Assembly: GCA_947632595.1 (NCBI GenBank) | Contig: CANRPY010000006.1 | Span: forward strand, 802 to 64,801 | Origin: an uncultured Bacilli bacterium | GTDB taxonomy: Bacteria > Bacillota_I > Bacilli_A > RF39 > UBA660 | DNA length: 64,000 bases | Direction: 5' to 3' | Shown here: positions 27,209 to 35,975 of the stretch, in pieces | Layout of the letters: the number at the start of each line of letters is the position of its first letter | How positions within the stretch are numbered: position 1 is the stretch's first letter | Made by a program: the position numbers and the translations under genes | The notes under the pieces: model-generated | What the model saw: only the letters and a program-made list of their open reading frames with translations | Told to the model about the DNA's origin: nothing | Database searches by the model: none

Positions 27209-27318
27209 TCTTTTTCCTAACTCCTTTTTTTCTTTTATTTTATGATAATCTTTTTGAATTCTCAAGGGATGTTTGTTTATTTTTTTTCTTCTTTGCATAA
27301 AATAGGGTGGAGGTATTT

Positions 27319-27834
27319 ATGACAAATTATAAAGAAATTGTGACAAAAGCTGTTTTGTCGAAAGGAAAGAGATTATTTACAGACACAGGTGAACTTTCTG
27401 TAGAAAACCCCTCTACCATATTAGGGTGTTGGGTGATTAATCATACCTTTCGAGGAGTGCGAAATGGCGATAAAATTGTAATTCAAGGAAGTTATGATGT
27501 TAATATTTGGTATTCTTATGATCATGATTCTAAAACGAATGTTGTTGGCGAGACAAAAGAATATACAGAAACCATTTATATGAAACAACATGAGGAGACT
27601 ACAGAAGAAGAGGTCATTGTTCGTAGTTTGAAGCAACCGACCTGTGTTGATACAACTCTAAAAGAGAATACCATAACTTATACCATTGAAAAGGAGTTGG
27701 GTATTGAACTTGTTGGAGATGTCAAAGTAAAAGTAGAAGCTATGGGAGAAGATCCTTGGGATGAGATTGGAGAAGAGTCAGGGGTTGATCAAGAAATTCA
27801 AGAGAACTTTATTCAGGAAGATACGGTTTTATAA
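27319..27834 (+). CDS. cotE: Spore coat morphogenetic protein CotE
   Basis: Collinear blocks with B. subtilis CotE as I recall it: YKEIVTKAVLSKGKR, STILGCWVINH, GSYDVNIWYSYDHDSKTNVV, SLKQPTCV, ELVGDVKVKVEA, and an acidic C-terminus. RBS GGGTGGAGG. A sigma-E-like -10 CATAAAAT lies at 27296-27303 (tentative). Confidence 0.8.
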   Translation: MTNYKEIVTKAVLSKGKRLFTDTGELSVENPSTILGCWVINHTFRGVRNGDKIVIQGSYDVNIWYSYDHDSKTNVVGETKEYTETIYMKQHEETTEEEVIVRSLKQPTCVDTTLKENTITYTIEKELGIELVGDVKVKVEAMGEDPWDEIGEESGVDQEIQENFIQEDTVL

Positions 27835-27860
27835 AAAAGATGGATGTTAACAAAAAATAG

Positions 27861-27889
27861 TTGACATCTATCTTTTTCTTTTATATAAT
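27861..27889 (+). promoter_or_regulatory. Consensus sigma-A promoter of rpsP
   Basis: TTGACA (27861-27866), 17 nt spacer, TATAAT (27884-27889). Confidence 0.85.
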
Positions 27890-27921
27890 AACCTTGTTAT
27901 TTAGAAATGGAGGGATTTATT

Positions 27922-28200
27922 ATGGCAGTAAAAATAAGATTAACAAGAATGGGTGCTAAAAAGAGACCAACTTATCGTATTGTTGCGACGGATTCTCGTC
28001 GTCCAAGAGATGGACAATATCTAGAATTAATTGGAACTTATGCACCAATTGATGTATTAGAAAAACAAGTAAAAATTAATGAAGAAGTTGCTTTAAAATG
28101 GCTTAATAAAGGAGCTATTCCTACTGATACTGTTAGAAACTTATTTAGTAAAGAAGGAATCATGAAGAAATTTGCTGATTCTAAGAAAAAGGATAATTAA
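27922..28200 (+). CDS. rpsP: 30S ribosomal protein S16
   Basis: [31 protein letters not shown] is canonical S16. RBS GGAGGG. Confidence 0.95.
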   Translation: MAVKIRLTRMGAKKRPTYRIVATDSRRPRDGQYLELIGTYAPIDVLEKQVKINEEVALKWLNKGAIPTDTVRNLFSKEGIMKKFADSKKKDN

Positions 28201-28202
28201 TT

Positions 28203-28454
28203 ATGAATGATTTAGTTGCTCTTACAGAAGAAATTGTAAAATCATTAGTAGAAGATGAAGATGGAGTTAGTGTAAAAGAATTTCCATCTGAAGAAGAAAA
28301 TGTTATCTTAATTCAAGTAATGGTTAATGAACAAGATATTGGTAGAGTTATCGGTAAGGATGGAAGAGTAGCGAATGCTATTCGCACTTTGGTTCAAGCA
28401 AGTAGTGCTCTTCAAGATAATAAATATGTTAAAATTGACATAGATAAGTTTTAG
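28203..28454 (+). CDS. KH-domain RNA-binding protein (YlqC-like)
   Basis: 83 aa. GRVIGKDGRVANAIRTLV (the GxxG KH motif). Conserved position after rpsP. Confidence 0.85.
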   Translation: MNDLVALTEEIVKSLVEDEDGVSVKEFPSEEENVILIQVMVNEQDIGRVIGKDGRVANAIRTLVQASSALQDNKYVKIDIDKF

Positions 28455-28478
28455 GAAGTACTTTGTACTTCCTTTTTT
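28454..28478 (+). terminator. Rho-independent terminator
   Basis: GGAAGTA-CTTTG-TACTTCC followed by T6. Confidence 0.8.
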
Positions 28479-28515
28479 GTTGCAATTGTTATATAATTTT
28501 TAATGAGGTATTTTT

Positions 28516-29229
28516 ATGAATTTAGAGTTACAAATACCAAATCATATTGGTATTATTATGGATGGAAATGGAAGATGGGCACAAGAGAAGGGTATGCCTC
28601 GGACAATGGGCCATAAGAGCGCAATTAAGACATTAAAAGAATTGTGTTTACATATGGCAGATGTTGGAGTTCATTATGTATCCTTATATGCTTTTTCTAC
28701 CGAAAATTTTAAGAGAGAAAAAAGTGAAGTAGACTTTTTAATGGATTTGTTTATTTCTTCTTTTCAAAAAGAGTTTCAATTCTTAATTGAAAAAGATGTT
28801 AGAGTTTGTTTTTCGGGAAGAAGAGAACCTTTACCTGAAAAAGTATTACAAGCTATGGATAAAATTGTAGAAGATACGAAGAATAATCAAAAGTTTACTT
28901 TAAATATTTGTCTAAATTATGGTTCTCATGCAGAAATTGTGGATACTACAAGAAAAATCTGTGAAAAATATCATAAGGGAGAAATCTCTTTAGAAGATAT
29001 TACAGAAGAGTATATTCAAAAGAATTTATATCAAGATCTTCCACCACTAGATTTTGTGATTCGAACTAGTGGAGAATTAAGAATTAGTAATTTTATGTTA
29101 TATCAAGCAAGTTATGCAGAATTTTATTTTCCAAAAGTTTATTTTCCGGATTTTACAGTAGAAGAGTTTGATAAAGCCATTGTAGAATATCATAAAAGAA
29201 ATAGAAGATTTGGAGGAATTCAAAAATGA
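28516..29229 (+). CDS. uppS: Undecaprenyl diphosphate synthase
   Basis: GIIMDGNGRWA and the IRTSGELRISNF motif. Confidence 0.95.
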   Translation: MNLELQIPNHIGIIMDGNGRWAQEKGMPRTMGHKSAIKTLKELCLHMADVGVHYVSLYAFSTENFKREKSEVDFLMDLFISSFQKEFQFLIEKDVRVCFSGRREPLPEKVLQAMDKIVEDTKNNQKFTLNICLNYGSHAEIVDTTRKICEKYHKGEISLEDITEEYIQKNLYQDLPPLDFVIRTSGELRISNFMLYQASYAEFYFPKVYFPDFTVEEFDKAIVEYHKRNRRFGGIQK

Positions 29230-30029
29230 AAACAAGAGTCATTAGTGCAATCGTTATTGTAATCTTATTTGTCCCTTTCTTAATTATTGGTGGACTTCCT
29301 TTTGCTATTTTTATGTCTTTGTTAGCACTTGGTGCTTTGTATGAACTTATCAAAGTATGTGAAAGTAAAAAGAAGTTTCCTGTTTTCTTAAAAGGGATTG
29401 CTTATTTATTGGTTATTGCTTTTTGTATGAATCATTTTGATTCTATTGAATTTTCTTCTAATTTTGATTATCGAGTAATGGCAGGAATCTTATTTATCTT
29501 CTTGGCTCCTATTGTATTTATGGATGACTTTGATCGTTATCACTTTGTGGATGCGTTATCGTTAATTGGTTCTTTATTATTTATTGGACTTAGTTTTAAT
29601 TTAATTGTTCTAATTCGTAATTTTGATTTAAATTATCTAATCTATTTGCTACTTATTACAACAATTACGGATACTTTTGCTCTTATTAGTGGTAAGTTAG
29701 TGGGAAGACATAAATTATGTCCTAAAATTAGTCCGGGTAAGACAGTAGAAGGTTTAGTAGGGGGCGTTTTAATGGGTACTTTTGTTGCGACTGCTTTTTA
29801 CTATACCGTTATTCAATCTAATATTAGTTTGGTTCTTGTTATTCTTGCAACGGCTGGATTATCTTTAGTAGGACAGTTAGGAGATTTGGTTTTTTCTGCG
29901 ATTAAAAGGTATTATAAAGTAAAAGATTTTTCTAATTTAATTCCTGGACATGGTGGTGTTCTTGATCGTTTCGATAGTTTAATTTTTGTTACTTTCGCAT
30001 TTATTATATTAAAAGGAATTCTATTCTAG
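29226..30029 (+). CDS. cdsA: Phosphatidate cytidylyltransferase
   Basis: Polytopic. CTP-transferase signature SAIKRYYKVKDFSNLIPGHGGVLDRFDS. ATGA overlap with uppS. Confidence 0.9.
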   Translation: MKTRVISAIVIVILFVPFLIIGGLPFAIFMSLLALGALYELIKVCESKKKFPVFLKGIAYLLVIAFCMNHFDSIEFSSNFDYRVMAGILFIFLAPIVFMDDFDRYHFVDALSLIGSLLFIGLSFNLIVLIRNFDLNYLIYLLLITTITDTFALISGKLVGRHKLCPKISPGKTVEGLVGGVLMGTFVATAFYYTVIQSNISLVLVILATAGLSLVGQLGDLVFSAIKRYYKVKDFSNLIPGHGGVLDRFDSLIFVTFAFIILKGILF

Positions 30030-30044
30030 GAGGGGATTGGCGTA

Positions 30045-31097
30045 ATGTCCATTATTATTAATTTATTACTATTTATTGTCGTTTTATCTGTTATTATTGC
30101 ATTTCATGAATTTGGTCATTTTTTACTTGCAAAATTAACAGGGGTTTATGTTTATGAATATTCTATTGGTATGGGTCCTAGACTTTTTGGATTTAAAAAG
30201 GGAGAGACTGATTACTCTGTTCGAGCAATTCCTATTGGTGGGTATTGTCAGTTAGCAGGGGAAGACTTGGATGAGGATGATTCCAAAAAAGTACCTAAAA
30301 ATCGTCGTTTACAAAATAAAAAACCTTGGCAAAGATTTTTGATTATGGTTTTTGGACCAGTCAATAACTTCATTTTAGCCATGATTTTGTTATTTGCAAT
30401 TGCCCTTATTTGGGGTGGTATGACCATGAATCCTGTTATTACAGAAGTTGAGAAAGATAGTGCTGCTGCCAAAGCTGGTCTTTTAGCAGGAGATACGGTT
30501 TTAAAAATTAATGGTCATAAGATTTCTAGTAGTGATGATATTTCTTTATATTTAGCAATTTCTGATTATAAAAAAGGAAGTACTTTCCGTGTTGAGAGAG
30601 AAGATGGGACTTACCGTACGATTCAAGTAAAACCTAAAAAGGTTAAACAAGATGGAGAAGATGCCTATCATTTTGGAATTGTTATGCAACAAAAAGAAAT
30701 GAAAGGATTTCTCAATGCTTTTCGTTTTACTTGGATGAAGACAAAATCTATTTTTAAGCAAATGTTTGTAACCGTTGGTTCTTTATTTACTGGTGGCGTT
30801 AAAGTAACACAACTTGCGGGACCGGTTGGTATTTATTCCATTGTAGGAGAATCTCGAGCAGGAGGAGCAATGAATGTTATTTACTTAATGGCTCTTCTTA
30901 GTATCAACGTTGGATTTATTAATTTACTTCCTATTCCTGCTTTTGATGGAGGACATATCTTATTTATCTTAATTGAACTTATTAAAGGGTCTCCAATTGA
31001 TCCTGAACTTGATAATAAGATTACAAATGTTTTCTTTATTTTACTTATGATTTTAATGCTTTTCATTACCATTCATGATGTAATTCGATTATTTTAA
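30045..31097 (+). CDS. rseP: RIP site-2 metalloprotease (M50, RseP/RasP)
   Basis: HEFGHFLLAK (HExxH), a PDZ segment, and NLLPIPAFDGGH. A terminator follows at about 31096-31120. Confidence 0.9.
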   Translation: MSIIINLLLFIVVLSVIIAFHEFGHFLLAKLTGVYVYEYSIGMGPRLFGFKKGETDYSVRAIPIGGYCQLAGEDLDEDDSKKVPKNRRLQNKKPWQRFLIMVFGPVNNFILAMILLFAIALIWGGMTMNPVITEVEKDSAAAKAGLLAGDTVLKINGHKISSSDDISLYLAISDYKKGSTFRVEREDGTYRTIQVKPKKVKQDGEDAYHFGIVMQQKEMKGFLNAFRFTWMKTKSIFKQMFVTVGSLFTGGVKVTQLAGPVGIYSIVGESRAGGAMNVIYLMALLSINVGFINLLPIPAFDGGHILFILIELIKGSPIDPELDNKITNVFFILLMILMLFITIHDVIRLF

Positions 31098-31158
31098 AAA
31101 GAACCTTGGTTCTTTTTTCTTTTTGGTGTATACTATTATTAGGATAGGAGAGATGTTT

Positions 31159-31380
31159 ATGAAGATGATTGTTGTGTTATTTACTTTTTTCCTTTTTTTC
31201 TCTTTTACTTTTACTATGTTTTTTTGGAACAAACAAAAGGGTTTAAAAAAGAAGAGTATTCATCATATTAAGAATGTTTCTAAATTTGATTTGATTGAGA
31301 TTTCTCCAAAAGATGATTCTTATAATGAATATTATGAACCTAAAATTATAGAGGTTTTACCGAATGAAGATATTTTATAA
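31159..31380 (+). CDS. Small single-TM protein
   Basis: MKMIVVLFTFFLFFSFTFTMFFW helix then a polar tail. RBS AGGAGAG. The start among three nearby ATGs is uncertain. Confidence 0.4.
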   Translation: MKMIVVLFTFFLFFSFTFTMFFWNKQKGLKKKSIHHIKNVSKFDLIEISPKDDSYNEYYEPKIIEVLPNEDIL

Positions 31381-31410
31381 GGAATATTCCCAAAATATTC
31401 CTTTTTTTTT
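31381..31410 (+). terminator. Rho-independent terminator
   Basis: GGAATATT-CCCAA-AATATTCC plus T9. It is directly followed by TGcTATAAT (the priA promoter -10). Confidence 0.85.
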
Positions 31411-31439
31411 GCTATAATAAAGAAGAGGGAGGTGTTATC

Positions 31440-33608
31440 TTGGTTGCCGGTGTTTTAGTAGAATTGTCTCATAAAAATGTAGATCGTGTTTTTCTATATC
31501 ATGTTCCAGAGGAGTTGCAATCTTCTATTCAAATAGGGATTCGTGTTTTGGTTCCTTTTGGGAAAATGGAACTAGAAGGCTTTGTTTTAGAAGTACATGA
31601 AAAACAAGAAGATTCCATGGAATTAAAAGATATTCTTTCTATTGTTGATCAGACAATTGTTTTAAATCAGGAATTATTACAGCTTGGAAAATGGTTACAA
31701 AATGAGACACTAGGGACTCTTATTAGTTGCTACCAAGTGATGCTTCCAAAAGCGTTAAAAGCAAAACATGGAAATTCTGTTTCGATTCGTTTTGATACGT
31801 TTTATCGTCTAAATTCTATTGAGATTCCTCCTTTAAAAGGTTCTCAAAAACAAATTGTTGATTTGCTTTTTGAAAAAGGGGTTGTTTCTAAAAAAGAATT
31901 GACGGATATTTCTAGTAGTAGTTTAAAGACATTACTTTCTAAAAATTACTTGATTGAAGAAAAAAAGGAACATTATCGTCTCTTTTATCAAAATACTTCT
32001 TTTGTGAAAAAGAAATTAACTCCTATGCAGGAAGAGGTTGTTCAAACAGTTACTCAAAAGGGAGAAGGGACTTATCTTCTTTATGGAGTAACTGGTAGTG
32101 GTAAGACAGAAGTCTATATGGAAATGATTGATTTTTACTTAAAACAAGGAAAGAGTAGTATTGTTCTTGTTCCAGAAATTAGTTTAACGCCACAAATGGT
32201 ACAGAGATTTCGTGAGAGATTTGGGGATTCGGTTGCAGCTTTGCATTCTGCTTTAAGTGATGGAGAAAAGTATGATGAATGGAGAAGAATTTACCGAGGA
32301 GAAGCTAAAATTGTGATTGGTGCCCGTAGTGCTATTTTTGCTCCTTTTGAAAAGATTGGAATTATTATTATAGATGAAGAGCATAGTGACTCTTATAAAC
32401 AGAGTGATCCAAGTCCTCGATATCACGCAAGAGACGTTGCTTTCAAAAGAGGAGAATTTCATCATTGTCCTGTTGTTTTGGGTAGTGCTACTCCTTCTTT
32501 AGAGTCTATGGCAAGAGCACAAAAGGGTGTTTATCATCTATTACAATTACCTGAAAGAGTCAATGGAAAAGGGCTTCCTAAGGTTTCTATTGTAGATATG
32601 AATGATGCGATGAAGAAAGTTAGAGGACATTTTTCTAAATTGCTAGAAGAAGAGATTGGCAAGAGATTGGAAAGAAAAGAACAAGTTATTTTACTTTTGA
32701 ATCGCAGGGGATATTCTTCTTTTGTTTCTTGTAAAAACTGTGGATTTACCTTTAAATGTCCAAATTGCGACATAACTTTAACGTATCATAAAAGTAGCAA
32801 TACTCTTCGTTGTCACTACTGTGGATATGGGGAAAAAGTCTATACGAAATGTCCAGAGTGTGGAGAAGAGTCGCTACAAAATTTAGGAGTTGGTACTCAA
32901 AAAATTGAAGAAGAACTTCAGAAATTATTTTCACAGGCAAGGATTCTTCGAATGGATTATGATACGACGAGTCGAAAAGGTATGCACGAAGAGATGATTG
33001 CTTCCTTTAAGAGATGCGAATATGATATTTTACTTGGAACGCAAATGGTTGCGAAAGGACTTGATTTTTCTCAAGTGACTCTTGTTGGCGTCATTAATGC
33101 AGATACTTCTCTTAATATTCCTGATTTTCGTAGTAGTGAAAATACGTATTCTCTTCTTTCTCAAGTAGCAGGAAGAAGTGGTCGTGCCGAAAAAGAGGGA
33201 ATGGTTATTTTGCAAACTTTTAATCCAGATCATTACGCAATCTCTCTTGTCAAGAATCAGGACTATCTTGCTTTTTATCAACAAGAGATGAATATTCGTA
33301 GACGATTAAAGTATCCTCCTTATTATTACTTATGTATGATTCGAATGAGCGGGAAGGATGCTAGTTATGTATTTGATGAGGCTCTTAAAATTAAAAGAAG
33401 TTTAGAAAGAAATCTTTCTAATGTTGAAATCCTTGGACCTTGTAGTAGTAATCTATTCCGTGTCAATAATATTTTTCGTTACCAAATTATCTTAAAATAT
33501 AAAACAGATTCTGAACTTAGAAAAGTTTTTGCTAAAATATTAGAGCATTATCAAGCAAATTCAAAATTAAAAGTAGATATTGACTTTAATCCTAGTCAAA
33601 TGTTGTAA
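31440..33608 (+). CDS. priA: Primosomal protein N' (replication restart helicase)
   Basis: Walker A GVTGSGKTEVY, DEEH box, and a Cys-rich insertion CKNCGFTFKCPNCD...CHYCGY...CPECG. TTG start with RBS GAGGGAGGTG. Confidence 0.95.
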   Translation: MVAGVLVELSHKNVDRVFLYHVPEELQSSIQIGIRVLVPFGKMELEGFVLEVHEKQEDSMELKDILSIVDQTIVLNQELLQLGKWLQNETLGTLISCYQVMLPKALKAKHGNSVSIRFDTFYRLNSIEIPPLKGSQKQIVDLLFEKGVVSKKELTDISSSSLKTLLSKNYLIEEKKEHYRLFYQNTSFVKKKLTPMQEEVVQTVTQKGEGTYLLYGVTGSGKTEVYMEMIDFYLKQGKSSIVLVPEISLTPQMVQRFRERFGDSVAALHSALSDGEKYDEWRRIYRGEAKIVIGARSAIFAPFEKIGIIIIDEEHSDSYKQSDPSPRYHARDVAFKRGEFHHCPVVLGSATPSLESMARAQKGVYHLLQLPERVNGKGLPKVSIVDMNDAMKKVRGHFSKLLEEEIGKRLERKEQVILLLNRRGYSSFVSCKNCGFTFKCPNCDITLTYHKSSNTLRCHYCGYGEKVYTKCPECGEESLQNLGVGTQKIEEELQKLFSQARILRMDYDTTSRKGMHEEMIASFKRCEYDILLGTQMVAKGLDFSQVTLVGVINADTSLNIPDFRSSENTYSLLSQVAGRSGRAEKEGMVILQTFNPDHYAISLVKNQDYLAFYQQEMNIRRRLKYPPYYYLCMIRMSGKDASYVFDEALKIKRSLERNLSNVEILGPCSSNLFRVNNIFRYQIILKYKTDSELRKVFAKILEHYQANSKLKVDIDFNPSQML

Positions 33609-33646
33609 AATATGATATTCTATATTTAGAATAGAGGTGGAGTGTT

Positions 33647-33868
33647 ATGCAGGAAGAACAAAAAGAAGAGGCTGTAGAAAAAGAAGAGTTAGAATTTAAT
33701 CGTCAACATCGTGAGAACTATGAACAGTTGATGAAGGAGTCTTCTACTCAATTAGATGGTTATTGGGATAAAGATAATGTGTTTGTTAAAATTATCCTTT
33801 TTGGTTTATTTCTTGTCATTGTGGTAGGATGCGCCATCGTTTTCATTATGTATTTTTCGCAAAATTAG
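33647..33868 (+). CDS. Small tail-anchored membrane protein
   Basis: 73 aa. Acidic N-terminal half and C-terminal helix IILFGLFLVIVVGCAIVFIMYF. RBS GAGGTGGAG. Confidence 0.45.
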   Translation: MQEEQKEEAVEKEELEFNRQHRENYEQLMKESSTQLDGYWDKDNVFVKIILFGLFLVIVVGCAIVFIMYFSQN

Positions 33869-33896
33869 AATTTTCATTTGAATAGGAGGTGATAAA

Positions 33897-35042
33897 GTGT
33901 TAGAAGAGTATTTTCAAAGAGATGACGTTGCGCTTTTCATCAAAGATTTAAAAAACAATCCAAAATACTTTAAGATGGATGTTGTTTGTGACACTACGTA
34001 TCAGAAAAATATAAAAGATGAACTAGCACTTTATCTTTTCTATGATACGATTTTTAAGTTTCAAATGATTGTTGATGATATTTATTTATTTGATGAATTT
34101 TTATTACAACTTGAAAAATTATTTCGTAAAATTGATGATTATGATGATATTGTTTTAGGAATTCAGAAATTATTGATTCGTTTTACGAGTACTGCAATGG
34201 ATTTGCATGACTTAGAAAATAAAGAAGAAAAAGAAAAATTAATTACGCATTTTTATCAAAAATATTTGGTAGATGGATATTTTATTCATGGATTTAGTAC
34301 TACGTATGAGTCTTTTTTGAAAGGTCGTGTTTTAGAAGCCGAAAAATATCCAAACTTTTATAGTGATATGATTCGTGTTCAACATATTTTTCAGAAATAT
34401 CAAACAGGTCTTTTTGAGAAAGATTTCTCGGAAGAGAGTTTATCTTTTACCGATGACTTTATTATGGCATGTTATTACTCGGTTATTTCTCCACAGTACT
34501 ATTATGCTTTACTCAATCCAGAAGGTAAGGAAGAGGATGGTTATTTAAAACATCAATATTCTAATGCGATTAGTCCCTTGAAAAGGTTTATGAGTAATCA
34601 TTCTTTTAGTGATTCTGATCGTAGAAGTGTTCTTGGGGTTGTTAAAAAAGAATGGGATTTATTACATGAAGTTCCTAGAAGGGTAAGTCTAATTTTAATT
34701 CCTAGACGTTCTGTTATGGATGTCTCTGCTGATAAATTAAAGGAGTATTTAGAAAGTGATCTTAGCTTGGAAGAAGTGATTGATCGGATTTTGTGTCCTA
34801 AATATCATGATGTTTGTGTGGAGAAGAGTTTTTCTCCTAATCAAGTTCAAATTCTTTCTTTGGAAGATTTTTATCCAAATCCAGTGGTAGAAGAAAAAGA
34901 GGATTCTTTTGATTTACAGGATTTTCGTATTCCAGAACTTATGAATTCAAATGGAATGATTTCTCTTTTACTAATTGTTGGATGTTTTTTCATTACTTTA
35001 GGGGTTGTGTTTACAATTATTATGGTTCTTAGGGGGATGTAG
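33897..35042 (+). CDS. Hypothetical protein with C-terminal TM anchor
   Basis: 381 aa. GTG start with RBS TAGGAGGTG. Stop TAG is immediately followed by the fmt ATG. C-terminal helix ISLLLIVGCFFITLGVVFTIIMVL. No HExxH/EGCLS, so it is not Def. Confidence 0.5.
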   Translation: MLEEYFQRDDVALFIKDLKNNPKYFKMDVVCDTTYQKNIKDELALYLFYDTIFKFQMIVDDIYLFDEFLLQLEKLFRKIDDYDDIVLGIQKLLIRFTSTAMDLHDLENKEEKEKLITHFYQKYLVDGYFIHGFSTTYESFLKGRVLEAEKYPNFYSDMIRVQHIFQKYQTGLFEKDFSEESLSFTDDFIMACYYSVISPQYYYALLNPEGKEEDGYLKHQYSNAISPLKRFMSNHSFSDSDRRSVLGVVKKEWDLLHEVPRRVSLILIPRRSVMDVSADKLKEYLESDLSLEEVIDRILCPKYHDVCVEKSFSPNQVQILSLEDFYPNPVVEEKEDSFDLQDFRIPELMNSNGMISLLLIVGCFFITLGVVFTIIMVLRGM

Positions 35043-35975
35043 ATGAGAATAGTTTTTATGGGGACTCCTCGTTTTGCAGTTACTGTATTACAGGGGTTAA
35101 TTGATCAATATCAAGATTCGATTGTAGGTGTTGTTAGTCAACCGGATAAATATGTTGGAAGACATCATGTTTTAACGAATACTCCAGTTAAGGAGCTTGC
35201 TCTTCGTTATCAGATTCCTGTTTTTCAACCTCAAAAAATACGAGAAGATTATCAGGATATTTTAGATTTAAAGCCTGATCTTATTATTACTTGTGCTTAT
35301 GGACAAATTATTCCAAAAGTTATTTTAGATGCACCAATACTTGGTTGTATTAATGTTCATGCTTCGCTTTTGCCTAAACTAAGAGGAGGAGCTCCTATTC
35401 ATAAGGCCTTGATTGAGGGATATTCTAAAACAGGTGTTACCATTATGTATATGGATGTTAAAATGGATAATGGAGACATGATTGCGAAGAGAGAGATTCC
35501 TATTTTGGATTCTGATAATTTAGAGAGTTTGGAAGAAAAGTTAAGTGTTTTAGGTACTGATTTATTACTAGAGACTCTTCCTAGTATCTTTGATGGGACG
35601 AATCCTCGTACTCCTCAAAAAGAAGAAGAGGTTACTTTTGCATACAATATTCAAAGAGAAGAAGAGCATATTGATTTTTCAAAAAGCAGTCGAGAAATTT
35701 TTAATTTGATTCGTGGACTTTGTCCTGTACCAGGAGCAAATGCCACTCTTGATCAAAATGAGATGAAGATTTATGATAGTATTCCTGATACAAAGACATA
35801 TTCTGGACAATGTGGAGAAATCGTGGAGGTTACTTCGAAAGGGATTGTTGTTAAAACAGGGGATGGTAGTATTCTACTTACTAAAATAAAACCATTTGGA
35901 AAGAAGAGTATGGATGCTTCTAGTTATGTTAATGGAGTGGGAGCGAAAACTTTAATAGGTAAGGTGTTTCAATAA
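35043..35975 (+). CDS. fmt: Methionyl-tRNA formyltransferase
   Basis: MRIVFMGTP..., HASLLPKLRGGAPI motif. Confidence 0.95.
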   Translation: MRIVFMGTPRFAVTVLQGLIDQYQDSIVGVVSQPDKYVGRHHVLTNTPVKELALRYQIPVFQPQKIREDYQDILDLKPDLIITCAYGQIIPKVILDAPILGCINVHASLLPKLRGGAPIHKALIEGYSKTGVTIMYMDVKMDNGDMIAKREIPILDSDNLESLEEKLSVLGTDLLLETLPSIFDGTNPRTPQKEEEVTFAYNIQREEEHIDFSKSSREIFNLIRGLCPVPGANATLDQNEMKIYDSIPDTKTYSGQCGEIVEVTSKGIVVKTGDGSILLTKIKPFGKKSMDASSYVNGVGAKTLIGKVFQ

